The position numbers were made by a program, and so were the translations under genes. From the NCBI GenBank assembly GCA_965219095.1, contig CBDCMT010000001.1, positions 32,001 through 96,000 of the forward strand: a stretch of 64,000 nt of DNA, read 5' to 3'. The notes beneath the pieces were generated by a model that had not been told where the DNA came from, searched no databases, and was given only the letters and a program-made list of their open reading frames with translations. Position 1 is the first letter of the stretch; each line of letters begins with the position of its first letter. The stretch comes from Bdellovibrionales bacterium (GTDB lineage Bacteria; Bdellovibrionota; Bdellovibrionia; Bdellovibrionales; UBA1609). Positions 52,606 to 63,135 of this stretch are shown here, piece after piece.

Positions 52606-53931
52606 ATGAAAAAAATAAAAAGACAAAAAATAATTTCAGTTATACTTTTTCTATTTTCTGTTTCAGCATTAGGTGTTCAGGGAATAGGTAAGGGAATAGG
52701 TATAGGAAGCGGATCTAAAGGAGAAGATCAAGTACGTCAAATAAGTGCTGGAGTGAATCCCTTATTTCCCTCTGACTTAGACAGCTATATGGTGTATAGC
52801 GAAGAGGATATCAATTCTGTGCTACACTGGGGATCAGGCTCTGTTTCAACGATAGAACAAGCTCTTTATGAGGCAAGTGATTATGCCAACGAAGGAAAAT
52901 TAGAAAAAGCCAAAAAGATTTTAAAGACGGCTCTTATTATAGCAGCTAAGAACTTTCCTAAAAACCCTGCAGATTCAGGAAGTCCTATAACACAGAAACT
53001 AATACATCGCTCTCTTCAGTACTTAGGAGCTTTAGAAAAAGTTTTTTTAAACGATGGGAAATATACACAAAGAGAAAAAGGAACTGAGTTTTATTTCCTT
53101 CAAGAATATGCTTTTATGATTGTGTCTGCGTGGAGGGATCTGGATCAAGATTATTACATTCCCTACTATCATAGATATCACAGATGCCATCCTTATCATT
53201 ATCAATGCAGACCTGAGATCTTCAGTTATAGCGATTTTAGTGAGAAGTACATAGATTATGCAAAAAAAGAGTTGAAGTTTATACTTGATAAATTTTTAGT
53301 TGAAGCTAACAGTGCTGGTTATCACTATTACAAAGTGCCTGTGGGTGATGAGGGGGCTGTGTTGGTGTTAGCTGAGATGTCATCTCGTAATGTGGCAGGT
53401 GATATAGCCAGTACTCTATGGGCTTATAAAAATTCTTTTGCGGTTCAACAATTGATGGCTTTAAATCGAAGATTATCTCAATTTAGAAAAGGCAATGGAG
53501 GGTATAAAAATGTTCACAAAGCCATCAACGGCTGGGGAGGAATTAATTCTGTTTTCCAACAAGTTATCTCCTATCTAGATGAGGAGGACTACCATTATGA
53601 TTCTTATGGACGAGACCATCGCAATAGAAGACATTGCTCTTATGTGATTACTGTAGAAGAGGAGCTAAGCGGGTTAAGTGATTATGTAGAGGTGTCGGTA
53701 TCTAATACTTCAACTTATGTAAAAGGGCTAATTGTTTCTGCTACAGCTTATGGAGCTGATGCTCAGGTGAGTGTGTGGTCTAATAGAAAGTCAAAAGGCA
53801 TGATGGACATTCCTCAATATGATCCTAAATATTCTATTCCTGTTAAGGAAAGAATCCGAGATGTAAGATTTCATCTTACAAGAGGACAGAGAGTAAGAAT
53901 TCATAGTATAAAAGTTAATTACTGTGAGTAA
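52606..53931 (+). CDS. Secreted hypothetical protein (441 aa)
   Basis: AAGGAG RBS, signal peptide and Gly-rich GIGKGIGIGSG N-terminus. Paralogue at 2..742. Confidence 0.85.
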   Translation: MKKIKRQKIISVILFLFSVSALGVQGIGKGIGIGSGSKGEDQVRQISAGVNPLFPSDLDSYMVYSEEDINSVLHWGSGSVSTIEQALYEASDYANEGKLEKAKKILKTALIIAAKNFPKNPADSGSPITQKLIHRSLQYLGALEKVFLNDGKYTQREKGTEFYFLQEYAFMIVSAWRDLDQDYYIPYYHRYHRCHPYHYQCRPEIFSYSDFSEKYIDYAKKELKFILDKFLVEANSAGYHYYKVPVGDEGAVLVLAEMSSRNVAGDIASTLWAYKNSFAVQQLMALNRRLSQFRKGNGGYKNVHKAINGWGGINSVFQQVISYLDEEDYHYDSYGRDHRNRRHCSYVITVEEELSGLSDYVEVSVSNTSTYVKGLIVSATAYGADAQVSVWSNRKSKGMMDIPQYDPKYSIPVKERIRDVRFHLTRGQRVRIHSIKVNYCE

Positions 53932-53983
53932 ATGTTATGATGAAAATAAAAAAAATGAAATGAAAGGAAGAAAGGGTTTTAAA

Positions 53984-54844
53984 ATGAAAAAAGTTATTTT
54001 AACAGTAGGATTATTTCTAAGTCCTATTTTATCTGAAAGTATGTTTCCTGAAGATGCTTTTATACAAAAGCCTAAGGAACAAAATAAAAATAAAAGCACT
54101 TACCAAATCTATCACGCCAAGATAAGGAAAGACAAAACTAATACAGATGTTTATGTACATTTAAGGACTTTTAAGGTTCGTTCTACTTCTGAGGAACAAA
54201 CTTTTGCTGTGATAAAAATTACTAGAAAGTACAAATACAAAAAAGAAATATCTATCAAGGTAGGACTTTTTAGACTCCTACCTGCAGATGGCGGCCGATA
54301 CCATTGGAGTCTCCTATTCACCCGAGATGGCATCTTGGAATCTTCTAAAGATATTGTTTATACCAGCACTTCTACAAAAATAAATAAAGGGAGAAAGAAG
54401 ATGCAGCTTCTAAAAGCTAATCTATCATGTAATATTAAGGATCTTCTTCCTAACAAAATTGTGCTTCAACAGGTAGTCTCTTCTCATCATGAGGTTTGGA
54501 TGCCCTTTCCTTTCAATGCTTTTGTTCAAAAGAGATCAAAAAGAGATCAAATAGGTTACATACAAGAAGGGGAATTTTATTCTGGCAGGGGTTTTTCTCA
54601 AGAAGGTGATTTTATTCTACAGAAAATGACTCCATATGTGACGACTCTAAGACCTAAAGTAGCCTCTCTTTTTACATCATCAGGGTGGGACATTAGTTTA
54701 GAAGCTGAATCTATAGCCCTAGCCTTTCAAAATAAATCCTCATGGAAAAATCATAAAACTATTCTATTTGTTGATAATGAGGGTGGTGATGATATATGTT
54801 TTAAAAATGCTGTTTTTTATAATCTTCACGAGCCAAGAGATTAA
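53984..54844 (+). CDS. Secreted hypothetical protein
   Basis: Signal peptide MKKVILTVGLFLSPILSES. Paralogue at 802..1671. Confidence 0.85.
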   Translation: MKKVILTVGLFLSPILSESMFPEDAFIQKPKEQNKNKSTYQIYHAKIRKDKTNTDVYVHLRTFKVRSTSEEQTFAVIKITRKYKYKKEISIKVGLFRLLPADGGRYHWSLLFTRDGILESSKDIVYTSTSTKINKGRKKMQLLKANLSCNIKDLLPNKIVLQQVVSSHHEVWMPFPFNAFVQKRSKRDQIGYIQEGEFYSGRGFSQEGDFILQKMTPYVTTLRPKVASLFTSSGWDISLEAESIALAFQNKSSWKNHKTILFVDNEGGDDICFKNAVFYNLHEPRD

Positions 54845-54879
54845 TCTATGATTAGAAGGAGTAAAACAAAGGAGAAAAA

Positions 54880-56559
54880 ATGAAAAACAAGATAGAAAGA
54901 ATAAAGAGTTTAATTTTAACAATTTTTGTTTTGAATTTGAGCTTTTCTTTGTCTGCTGATGTTTTAGAAGGACTTAAGCCTGTTGTTTTAAGTCCTGAAG
55001 AAAGACAACAGTTAAAGGAGTATGCTGAGACCTCTAGAGTTTTTCTTAAAGAAGCTCTTCGTAATGCCGAAGGAAAGTCTCGAGACACTCAGCTTAGAAT
55101 CTACAAACAATCCATTAGAGAGGTTGTTTCTTCTTCTTATGGGAAAAGCCGCCATAGTGAACTTTTGATGAGGTTTATTTTAAACCAAGCTTTAAGGCTT
55201 ACGGATGGAGATCCATCTCAAGGAGTTCGAGGAGTTTTAACTAAGACTTATAACCCTGATGTTGTGATGCTGATCTATAGAGATTCCATAAAGCTAGCTG
55301 TCGAGTATGCAGAAAAAGATTTAAAGTTTTTAGAAGATAGAGAGTTTCTCCTGCCTTACAATGATATGGCCTATGAGAGGTTGAAGTTAGTTTATCAATG
55401 GTCTCATAAGATCATGGATTCGAGTCTTAAAGCAAAGTTTTTGAAGACAGGTTTAAGAGATTGGCATACCACTGTAGCACAGCCGACCAATCAGAAAAGA
55501 GAACAATTTTCTTATTTCATTTTAAAAGTTGAGGGAGTTTTAAAGGAAGCGGACACCTATACTGATGCGGCAAAAAGGGAAAGATTTTTACTTGGCGAAG
55601 CTCGCTGGCTCTTAAAAGAGGGAGAAAGAAGATTACAAGAAATACAGGAAGCAGAAGAAAGAGGATTACAAGAAGTACAGGAAGCAGAAGACAGAAGATT
55701 ACGAAAAATACAGGAAGTAAAGGAAGCGGAAGAAAGAAGATTACAAGAAATACGGGAAGCAGAAGACAGAAGATTACGAAAAATACAGGAAGCAGAAGAA
55801 AGAAGATTACAAGAAATACGGGAAGCAGAAGACAGAAGATTACGAAAAATACAGGAAGCAGAAGAAAGAAGATTACAAGAAATACGGGAAGCAGAAGACA
55901 GAAGATTACGAAAAATACAGGAAGCAAAGGAAGCGGAAGAAAGAAGATTAATAGAGCAAAAATTTAAACAACAAATGACAATTGCAAAAGAAAAATATCA
56001 ATGTAAAAAAAACAGTGACACAGGTGACTATCATATTACTTTAAAAAACAATGAGGAATCGAATATAAAATCTAACGTCAATGGTTTTTTCAATAAAAAA
56101 TATTGTGAAGAAAAGATGATATCTGTTTATAACCACCTTACATGTTTTCATAATGGTGTAAATTATCAACCCTACAACATTGAGACAAATAATTTTATAG
56201 GTAGATATAAATACTCAGGTAGTAAAAGTAATTGTATGAAGGCAGTACAAGAAAGCTCGACACACTTGGTTTGTCATTGGGATGGTGGCGGATACAAAGC
56301 TTATTTAACAAACCACTTTTATAAAAAAGATAAAAGTTCAGCTAGAAAGGGAAGTTTAGGTGGAAAAGGGCATGGTGAAAGCAAATTAAAGAATTGTTTA
56401 AAAGTTACAAGAAAAGCTACTAAAACTCATGCCTGTAATTGGGAAAATAGTAGTGATGATGGTTATTATATCTATAATTTAATAACAAATGAGAAAGTAG
56501 GTAACGGAAGATATAAGTATAACAGCCTAAATGATTGCATTGAAGATTTGTGGAAATAG
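54880..56559 (+). CDS. Secreted protein: constant helical N-domain, ~10 x 11-aa E/R/K stalk, Cys-rich repeat head
   Basis: Signal peptide, 33-bp tandem units (EAEERRLQEIR/EAEDRRLRKIQ) and four two-Cys modules. Confidence 0.88.
   Translation: MKNKIERIKSLILTIFVLNLSFSLSADVLEGLKPVVLSPEERQQLKEYAETSRVFLKEALRNAEGKSRDTQLRIYKQSIREVVSSSYGKSRHSELLMRFILNQALRLTDGDPSQGVRGVLTKTYNPDVVMLIYRDSIKLAVEYAEKDLKFLEDREFLLPYNDMAYERLKLVYQWSHKIMDSSLKAKFLKTGLRDWHTTVAQPTNQKREQFSYFILKVEGVLKEADTYTDAAKRERFLLGEARWLLKEGERRLQEIQEAEERGLQEVQEAEDRRLRKIQEVKEAEERRLQEIREAEDRRLRKIQEAEERRLQEIREAEDRRLRKIQEAEERRLQEIREAEDRRLRKIQEAKEAEERRLIEQKFKQQMTIAKEKYQCKKNSDTGDYHITLKNNEESNIKSNVNGFFNKKYCEEKMISVYNHLTCFHNGVNYQPYNIETNNFIGRYKYSGSKSNCMKAVQESSTHLVCHWDGGGYKAYLTNHFYKKDKSSARKGSLGGKGHGESKLKNCLKVTRKATKTHACNWENSSDDGYYIYNLITNEKVGNGRYKYNSLNDCIEDLWK
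55621..55950 (+). repeat. Coding 33-bp tandem repeat (~10 units)
   Basis: GAAGCAGAAGA(A/C)AGAAGATTAC... units. Confidence 0.9.
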
Positions 56560-56662
56560 TATGAGGGATAAGAGTTCTTTCCCAGTAAATAGAATTCAAA
56601 ACGAATTAAATAACAGAAAGATGTTACTTTTTTAAGTTTGATATCTTTCATAGGAGGAAAAA

Positions 56663-58255
56663 ATGAAAAACAAGATAGAAAGAATAAAGAGTTTAATTTT
56701 AACAATTTTTGTTTTGAATTTGAGCTTTTCTTTGTCTGCTGATGTTTTAGAAGGACTTAAGCCTGTTGTTTTAAGTCCTGAAGAAAGACAACAGTTAAAG
56801 GAGTATGCTGAGACCTCTAGAGTTTTTCTTAAAGAAGCTCTTCGTAATGCCGAAGGAAAGTCTCGAGACACTCAGCTTAGAATCTACAAACAATCCATTA
56901 GAGAGGTTGTTTCTTCTTCTTATGGGAAAAGCCGCCATAGTGAACTTTTGATGAGGTTTATTTTAAACCAAGCTTTAAGGCTTACGGATGGAGATCCATC
57001 TCAAGGAGTTCGAGGAGTTTTAACTAAGACTTATAACCCTGATGTTGTGATGCTGATCTATAGAGATTCCATAAAGCTAGCTGTCGAGTATGCAGAAAAA
57101 GATTTAAAGTTTTTAGAAGATAGAGAGTTTCTCCTGCCTTACAATGATATGGCCTATGAGAGGTTGAAGTTAGTTTATCAATGGTCTCATAAGATCATGG
57201 ATTCGAGTCTTAAAGCAAAGTTTTTGAAGACAGGTTTAAGAGATTGGCATACCACTGTAGCACAGCCGACCAATCAGAAAAGAGAACAATTTTCTTATTT
57301 CATTTTAAAAGTTGAGGGAGTTTTAAAGGAAGCGGACACCTATACTGATGCGGCAAAAAGGGAAAGATTTTTACTTGGCGAAGCTCGCTGGCTCTTAAAA
57401 GAGGGAGAAAGAAGATTACAAGAAATACAGGAAGCAGAAGAAAGAAGATTACAAGAAATACGGGAAGCAGAAGACAGAAGATTACGAAAAATACAGGAAG
57501 CAGAAGAAAGAAGATTACGAAAAATACAGGAAGCAGAAGACAGAAGATTACGAAAAATACAGGAAGCAAGGGAAGCGGAAGAAAGAAAATTAATAGAGGA
57601 GAAAACTAAACAACGAATGACAATTGCAAGAGAAAAATATCAATGTAAAAAAAATAGTGATACAGGTAATTATCATATTACTTTAAAAAACAATAGGAAG
57701 TCAAATATAAAATCTACAATCAATGTTTTTCCTAATAAAAAATCTTGTGAAGAAAAGATGATATCTGTTTATAACCACCTTACATGTTTTCATAATGGTG
57801 ATGAGGCTGGTTATATAATGAATACGCTTGGAGTTTCAGTTTTTTTCTCTAGAGAATCGATTTATAAACTCTATCAACCTTACAACATTGAGACAAATAC
57901 TTTTATAGGTAGAAAGGGATATGGATATAATAAGAGCGATTGTATGAAGGCAGTACAAGAAAGCTCGACATACTTGGTTTGTAATTGGGATGGTGGCGGA
58001 TACAACCCTTATTTTATAAACCACTTTTATAAAAAAGATGAAAGTTCAGCTAGAAAAGGAAGTTTAGGTGGAAAAGAGCATGGTTTTGAAAAATTAAAGG
58101 GCTGTTCAAAAGCTACAAGAAAAGCTACTGAAACTCATGCCTGTAATTGGGATGCTAATGAAGATAGATTTTTTATCTATAATTTGATGAAAAATCAGAA
58201 AATAGGCAGAAAATATAGGTATGAAACCATAAATGATTGTATTCGAGATTTGTAG
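56663..58255 (+). CDS. Tandem paralogue of 54880..56559 with ~6 stalk units and a divergent head
   Basis: First ~780 bp identical to the upstream copy. Head has substitutions and a ~21-aa insertion. Confidence 0.88.
   Translation: MKNKIERIKSLILTIFVLNLSFSLSADVLEGLKPVVLSPEERQQLKEYAETSRVFLKEALRNAEGKSRDTQLRIYKQSIREVVSSSYGKSRHSELLMRFILNQALRLTDGDPSQGVRGVLTKTYNPDVVMLIYRDSIKLAVEYAEKDLKFLEDREFLLPYNDMAYERLKLVYQWSHKIMDSSLKAKFLKTGLRDWHTTVAQPTNQKREQFSYFILKVEGVLKEADTYTDAAKRERFLLGEARWLLKEGERRLQEIQEAEERRLQEIREAEDRRLRKIQEAEERRLRKIQEAEDRRLRKIQEAREAEERKLIEEKTKQRMTIAREKYQCKKNSDTGNYHITLKNNRKSNIKSTINVFPNKKSCEEKMISVYNHLTCFHNGDEAGYIMNTLGVSVFFSRESIYKLYQPYNIETNTFIGRKGYGYNKSDCMKAVQESSTYLVCNWDGGGYNPYFINHFYKKDESSARKGSLGGKEHGFEKLKGCSKATRKATETHACNWDANEDRFFIYNLMKNQKIGRKYRYETINDCIRDL
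57404..57592 (+). repeat. Coding 33-bp tandem repeat (~6 units)
   Basis: Same unit as 55621..55950. Confidence 0.88.
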
Positions 58256-58379
58256 AGGGTTTGGAGGGATATAGTTTTAAACCTAAAATCCCTCTGAGTT
58301 ATAATGTGATAGTTGCGACTTTAAAAAGTTTGTGCTTTTTTAGAAAGACTGGTAAGCTGTCATTATCTTTTCAGGCTTT

Positions 58380-58454
58380 TCAGGTGTAGCTCAGTGGTAG
58401 AGCAGGTGACTGTTAATCACCGGGTCGGGGGTTCGAATCCCTCCACCTGAGCCA
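58380..58454 (+). tRNA. tRNA-Asn (GTT)
   Basis: Acceptor stem TCAGGTG/CACCTGA, D-arm TAGCTCAGTGGTAGAGC, anticodon loop CTGTTAA, T-loop GGTTCGAATCC and encoded CCA. Confidence 0.97.
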
Positions 58455-59335
58455 AATTTTCGGTGATCATTTCATGGCCAATCCAACAAACAGGGCTTTT
58501 GATTTTGTCAGCATATCTATAAATGATATAACCAGCCACTCTAAATACAAGCTGGCTTAAAAGAGCCGCCACAAGCTCTTTTTTGCTTTTATGCATGCTG
58601 AGGATGTTTTGGGAGTGAAATCGCATCAAATCCAGTTGTTCTTTACAAGAATGAGCAGGCCATGAATTAAAGTCATTCCAGTTTTCAAAATTTGGGTGTG
58701 TAAAATATTTTTGAGCTTCTTGGAATATGTTTTCAAGTTTGAATTCATCCTTTAAAAAGTCTTTAGATAAGTCTTGAAAGGCTTTGGTCCAAGGATGCAG
58801 AGGGGCTTTTTCTTTTAAAGAGCCAATGAGATTAAAAAGAGCAAGTTCTACTCCCGAAAAAACGGTTGTGGAGTTAGTTAAGATCTCAGGGACATTAAAA
58901 ACGCAAACCCGAAGTCCTTCCCTATGAGCCTTTAAACTTATCTCCTCTAAGCGAAGTTTAGCAAAGCCTTGAAGGTAAGGGGTATAAGATTGCCATTTAT
59001 AGGAATCTCCTATTAAAACTTCATTGCCGTGATAACCGTAAGCGATGTAGCTAACTTCATGGTTGCTTCTTAAATCTTCTGTATGCTCCATAAGATGGAA
59101 AAAACTTTCTGCTGTCACATCTTGAAAGTTTTTCAAACATAGATGACCCAGGTCGCTTTTATTCCAAAAATCTTTCGAAGAGATAAAGCGATCTCCTGAG
59201 GCTTTAAAAACACGGTTCATAAGAGCGAAAATGATCTTTGCACGAGGAATGCCTCCTGCCATAGTATGGATGAATAAGATTTTTCTTTTGTTTTTTAAAT
59301 GAGGTTTTAATTGTTCAAAATATATTTTGAGTCTT
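58417..59335 (-). pseudogene. Enoyl-ACP reductase FabMG-family protein, 5'-truncated
   Basis: HTMAGGIPRAK, AYGYHG, WQSYTPYLQGFAK and PEILTNS motifs, recalled from the FabMG family. The 5' end is replaced by the duplicated block starting ~59330. Confidence 0.7.
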
Positions 59336-59524
59336 GACTTAAATTCAAAGGTGACAAAAATTGTTAAACACTTGTGACAAAAATTGTCACACACTTTCTT
59401 CAATTTTTTTTGGTAAATTAAAAAGTAAGTCACCAGTTTGAAGGAGGATCTCCGTTACTAAAGGGCGAATTCAGGATTATAGTACTTGATTTCAAAAGAA
59501 CTATTATGATAAAATACAATCCTT

Positions 59525-62457
59525 ATGGTGAAAATGGATAAGATGCAAAAAAAAATTCAAATATTTTTTTCTAATATTCTAATATATTTAACTTTACTTT
59601 TGTGGTCTTTTGAATCTTTGGCCAGTTTCTCTTGTGCAAACATTTTTCAATCAAATGAAAGATCCCTTTTCTATAACGATATGATTTCAAAAAAAATAGA
59701 TGATATCGAAAGAGATTTTTCAAAACCAGGAAAGTTTTTCAAAATTATTGAATCTATAGATCGTTTGGATTTAAAGAAGCTAGAAAGTGTTCATAAAAAA
59801 AGACTTATAAACATTCTCCTTCCTAAGAAAACAAATACTCTTGAGGAAAAAAAAGTATAGAAATATTTTGGAAATATGTAGCAAACAGAGACGACAAGTA
59901 TTGGCTGTTCCTTAAAAATTTTAATAGAGAAGATTTAAAAGATATATTTTTAAAATATATAGAGCAAGAAGATGCCTTTTCCAATCATCTAGAAAACATG
60001 AATGCTTCCGATCATCTAAAATACATGAATGCTTTTGACTTACTTTTGATAAATGATTTTTTGATACCTGAACTTGAAAGCGGGAGAAATCTTGATTATT
60101 TAGAAAAAAATGAAAAAGCCTGGAAAGCCTTAGGGTTTCTTTTTCGCATCCCTGAACTCTATGAGCGTTATCCTAATGTTTATCATCACATAGATAGAAG
60201 AAAATGGCTAACTAAAAAAAACATTTCTTTTGCCATAAAGACTTGGCTTTATCTACAGTATAAATCAAATAAACAATTTAAAAATATAAGCAGTCTATTT
60301 TCTACACTTTTTGATGTGCTTAAACAACTTGATTATGTTAGTAATTCTTATTTCATTAATTATGGAGATATAATGCTTTCAATAATTTTTATGCCATCTC
60401 AGCATCAGAAGGAGATTAGGAAGTACATTACAGCTGTATTAAAAACTCCAACTGAACTCATACAAGAACTCACTATTCCCAATCTCCAACTTGATACGCT
60501 ACCTTTAAAAACCAGCAATGGTGAAAAAAGCCTATCTCAAATACTAGAAACTTTCTCGGGAACACATCCAGATCTCCTTCCCAATAAAATATTGCCTACT
60601 CTATGGGATCGAGTACAAAGCATGCCTTCTGTTTTAGGACTCTTAAACGGTTGGTTAAAACATTTACCAAAATTTTATTTGAATGGACTTCCTCAAATTC
60701 CTAAAAATTCAACAGAGCTTTTGTGTGAAATTACAGGCCTTCATGTTTCTCATACTCCTTACATACAAAATTTAAAAAATCCAAATCAGTTGTTTGAGAT
60801 GCTTCTAGATATGCAAAGTAGATATAAAGCACCAATTTTTCATAATTTAGAAATAAACTCTAATCTGTTTGAATCTTCTCAAACGAAACATTTTTTTCTA
60901 AATTTTTTAGAAGCATTAAGACGAATCGAGTTATTTGAAAATACTAAAAGGAGGAGAACTTATAGGACACCTCACTCCTCTTTTCAGGAAATTACTTCAA
61001 AATATAAACTTGATCAAACAGAAATCAATCTTCAAAATATTGAGAATATAACCTCTTTTTTAAAGAAAGAATTTATCAAAAAACTTCCAGATTTATTTGA
61101 TAACAATGAGATTAACTTCTCCCATGATAAATGGAAAAAATTAGAAGAAAAATTAGGTAATTTAGATGCTGTTTTTACTCTTTTATCAAGATTATCAGGA
61201 GAAAAAGGTGAACAATTTTTTATTGTTAAATCTTTAGAGGCTATTTTAAAAGATGAATTTGAAAAGTACAAATTTGATGATTATAGAGATTATCAGCTTG
61301 GAAGCTTAAATGATCAACAATTTAATGCCTGGAAAAAGAAAAGAGTTTTTTTAAGTTTAATCGATGTTGAAAAGAAGGTTATTAAAAATGAATTTAATGA
61401 TAGAAAGGATCAGGTTAAAAAATACATTCAAAATAAACTGCTACCACAAACTCAAAAAATCACTCAAAAACTTGAAGAGAAGAATAAATCAGAAAAAACT
61501 CTTTCCAAAGAACTTCTTGAGCCTCTAATTTTAGAACACATTCATCAACCTAAAGCTCCAAAAGAAATTTTACAACAATACTTTGCTGAAAAAGGTTTTT
61601 CCGAAACAAAATCCAAATCTTTTACAACTCAACTTTTTAAAGGTTTAGTTCAGTTATTACAAACAGAGGGAATTAACAATTCTCTTTTTTTAAAGGGGCT
61701 TCAAAAAGTTATAAAACTTTACTTATTTGAAATGAGGAAAGGTGATCTTTTTGATGAAATTAAACCATTTATAGAACTATTTATAGAGAGTTTAAAAGAA
61801 ATAGACAATATATTTCAAGCAGTAAACTCAGAGCATGTAAGTGATGGTTTTATAGTTTCAGTTGTAGATCATTCTCCAAAACTTTTAATGACTACAGGAA
61901 ATTTAGTAAAAAATTGTGCAAGTTGCCTGAATTATAAAACAGGTGTTCTGATTGAGTACTTACCATCTTATGTTATTGATGGCAATATTCAAATCATGCT
62001 CAGCTTTCATTTAAAAGAAAAAGATTTTTATATTAGAAGAGATTATTTAACTGTTCTTAAATCTTATATTAATGACAACTTATCAGTTTCTTTTAACGGC
62101 AATTCAAGGGTATTTACTTTTAAAACAAAAGAGGGGGAATTTGCAACTCGTCCCATTGAGTATGCAGTTTTACGTCAGATGTTAAAAATAGGATTCGAAG
62201 AAAAAACTTCTCGTCCAGGGGTTTTCTTGGAGAGTGCGTATAATCAATACCATAGCTCTCATATAATTGATCAAATTTCTCGAAACAACCATAAGGAACT
62301 TCTTTTAGAGATCATTCATGACATGAAGGCTTTAAATGAATCTTCTAGAATTATTATGGCTCCATCACGAAATCCTTTAGGGGCTTATAGTGAAATCGTA
62401 TGGGAAGGAAAAGTAGATATTGCTCCAATCAAACTATACGAAGAGCCTGTAAATTAA
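59525..62457 (+). pseudogene. ~1000-aa secreted protein, copy 2; frameshift at an A8 tract (~59847-59854) and a shorter N-terminal region
   Basis: ORFs 59525..59860 and 59998..62457 join if A8 becomes A9, as in copy 1. Confidence 0.8.
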
Positions 62458-62500
62458 ATTGTGTAACTGATTTTTTTAAAAAATTTTGCTGAAATGAACC

Positions 62501-63135
62501 CTAACCGCAATTCATTAGTGCAACCTTTTCTTTCATCATAATCTCATAAGGTGTTAACCAGTCAAGACATTTCATGAACCTATTGTTAATTTCAAATTCA
62601 ATTTTCTTTAAACGTCGTCGATAGGTCAACCAGTTGAGATCAGAACTCTTGGGAAGGTATTGTCTCAACACACCAATGCGATTCTCATTAGTTCCCCTTT
62701 GATAACTGGAGTAAGGATCACAAAAGAAAACTTTCACTCCTACTTTATCTTCGTAACCTCTATGATCTGAAAACGCTTGACCTCTATCATTAACGTAAGT
62801 CGGTTTCTTAACAGCCCTTGACTCCTACAAGGAGATATTTCTTAGATTTTAAAGGGGTTTTTTTGAAAGAAATGTAGTCAGTATAAGTTAAGAGCAGTTT
62901 AAAAACCGAGTTACCATTAACCATGGATTTCTTAGGAAGCTTTCTTAAGGCAAGAAGAGTTTCTTTTGTAACACCCTTAGCTGATTTGTTTTTAAGCTTT
63001 CGAAATTTATTGAAACGAGATTTACGATCAGTCAAGACTAAAACACAAGATTGGTGAGCTTTGCCTATCATAAGGCCTCTTTCCCAGTGACCTACTGTAT
63101 TTCGTTTCTTACAGGCACGAGGTCTTTATCTAATG
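62501..63135 (-). mobile_element. IS30-family relic
   Basis: GHWE, VLTDRKSR and QRGTNENRIG motifs. Same position relative to the large gene as 37021..37342. Confidence 0.85.
62795..62914. mobile_element. 120-bp MITE with GTAA ends (IS66-like)
   Basis: IR GTAAGTCGGTTT / AAACCGAGTTAC and 7-bp duplication CATTAAC. The empty site is visible at ~37310. Confidence 0.82.

Noticed and set aside
55517..57569. Hydrophobic antisense ORFs (also 2427..2681)
   Set aside because: They are shadows of the E/R/K repeat on the opposite strand.
55621..57592. CRISPR array
   Set aside because: The 33-bp units are contiguous and in-frame coding, with no unique spacers and no cas genes.
58260..58454. Integrative element at tRNA-Asn
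   Set aside because: No integrase and no duplicated tRNA 3' end were seen. Only short IS1634 and IS481 end scraps lie upstream.
33943..62457. Diversity-generating retroelement behind the paralogue variation
   Set aside because: No reverse transcriptase or template repeat was seen. Differences include indels and non-adenine changes.
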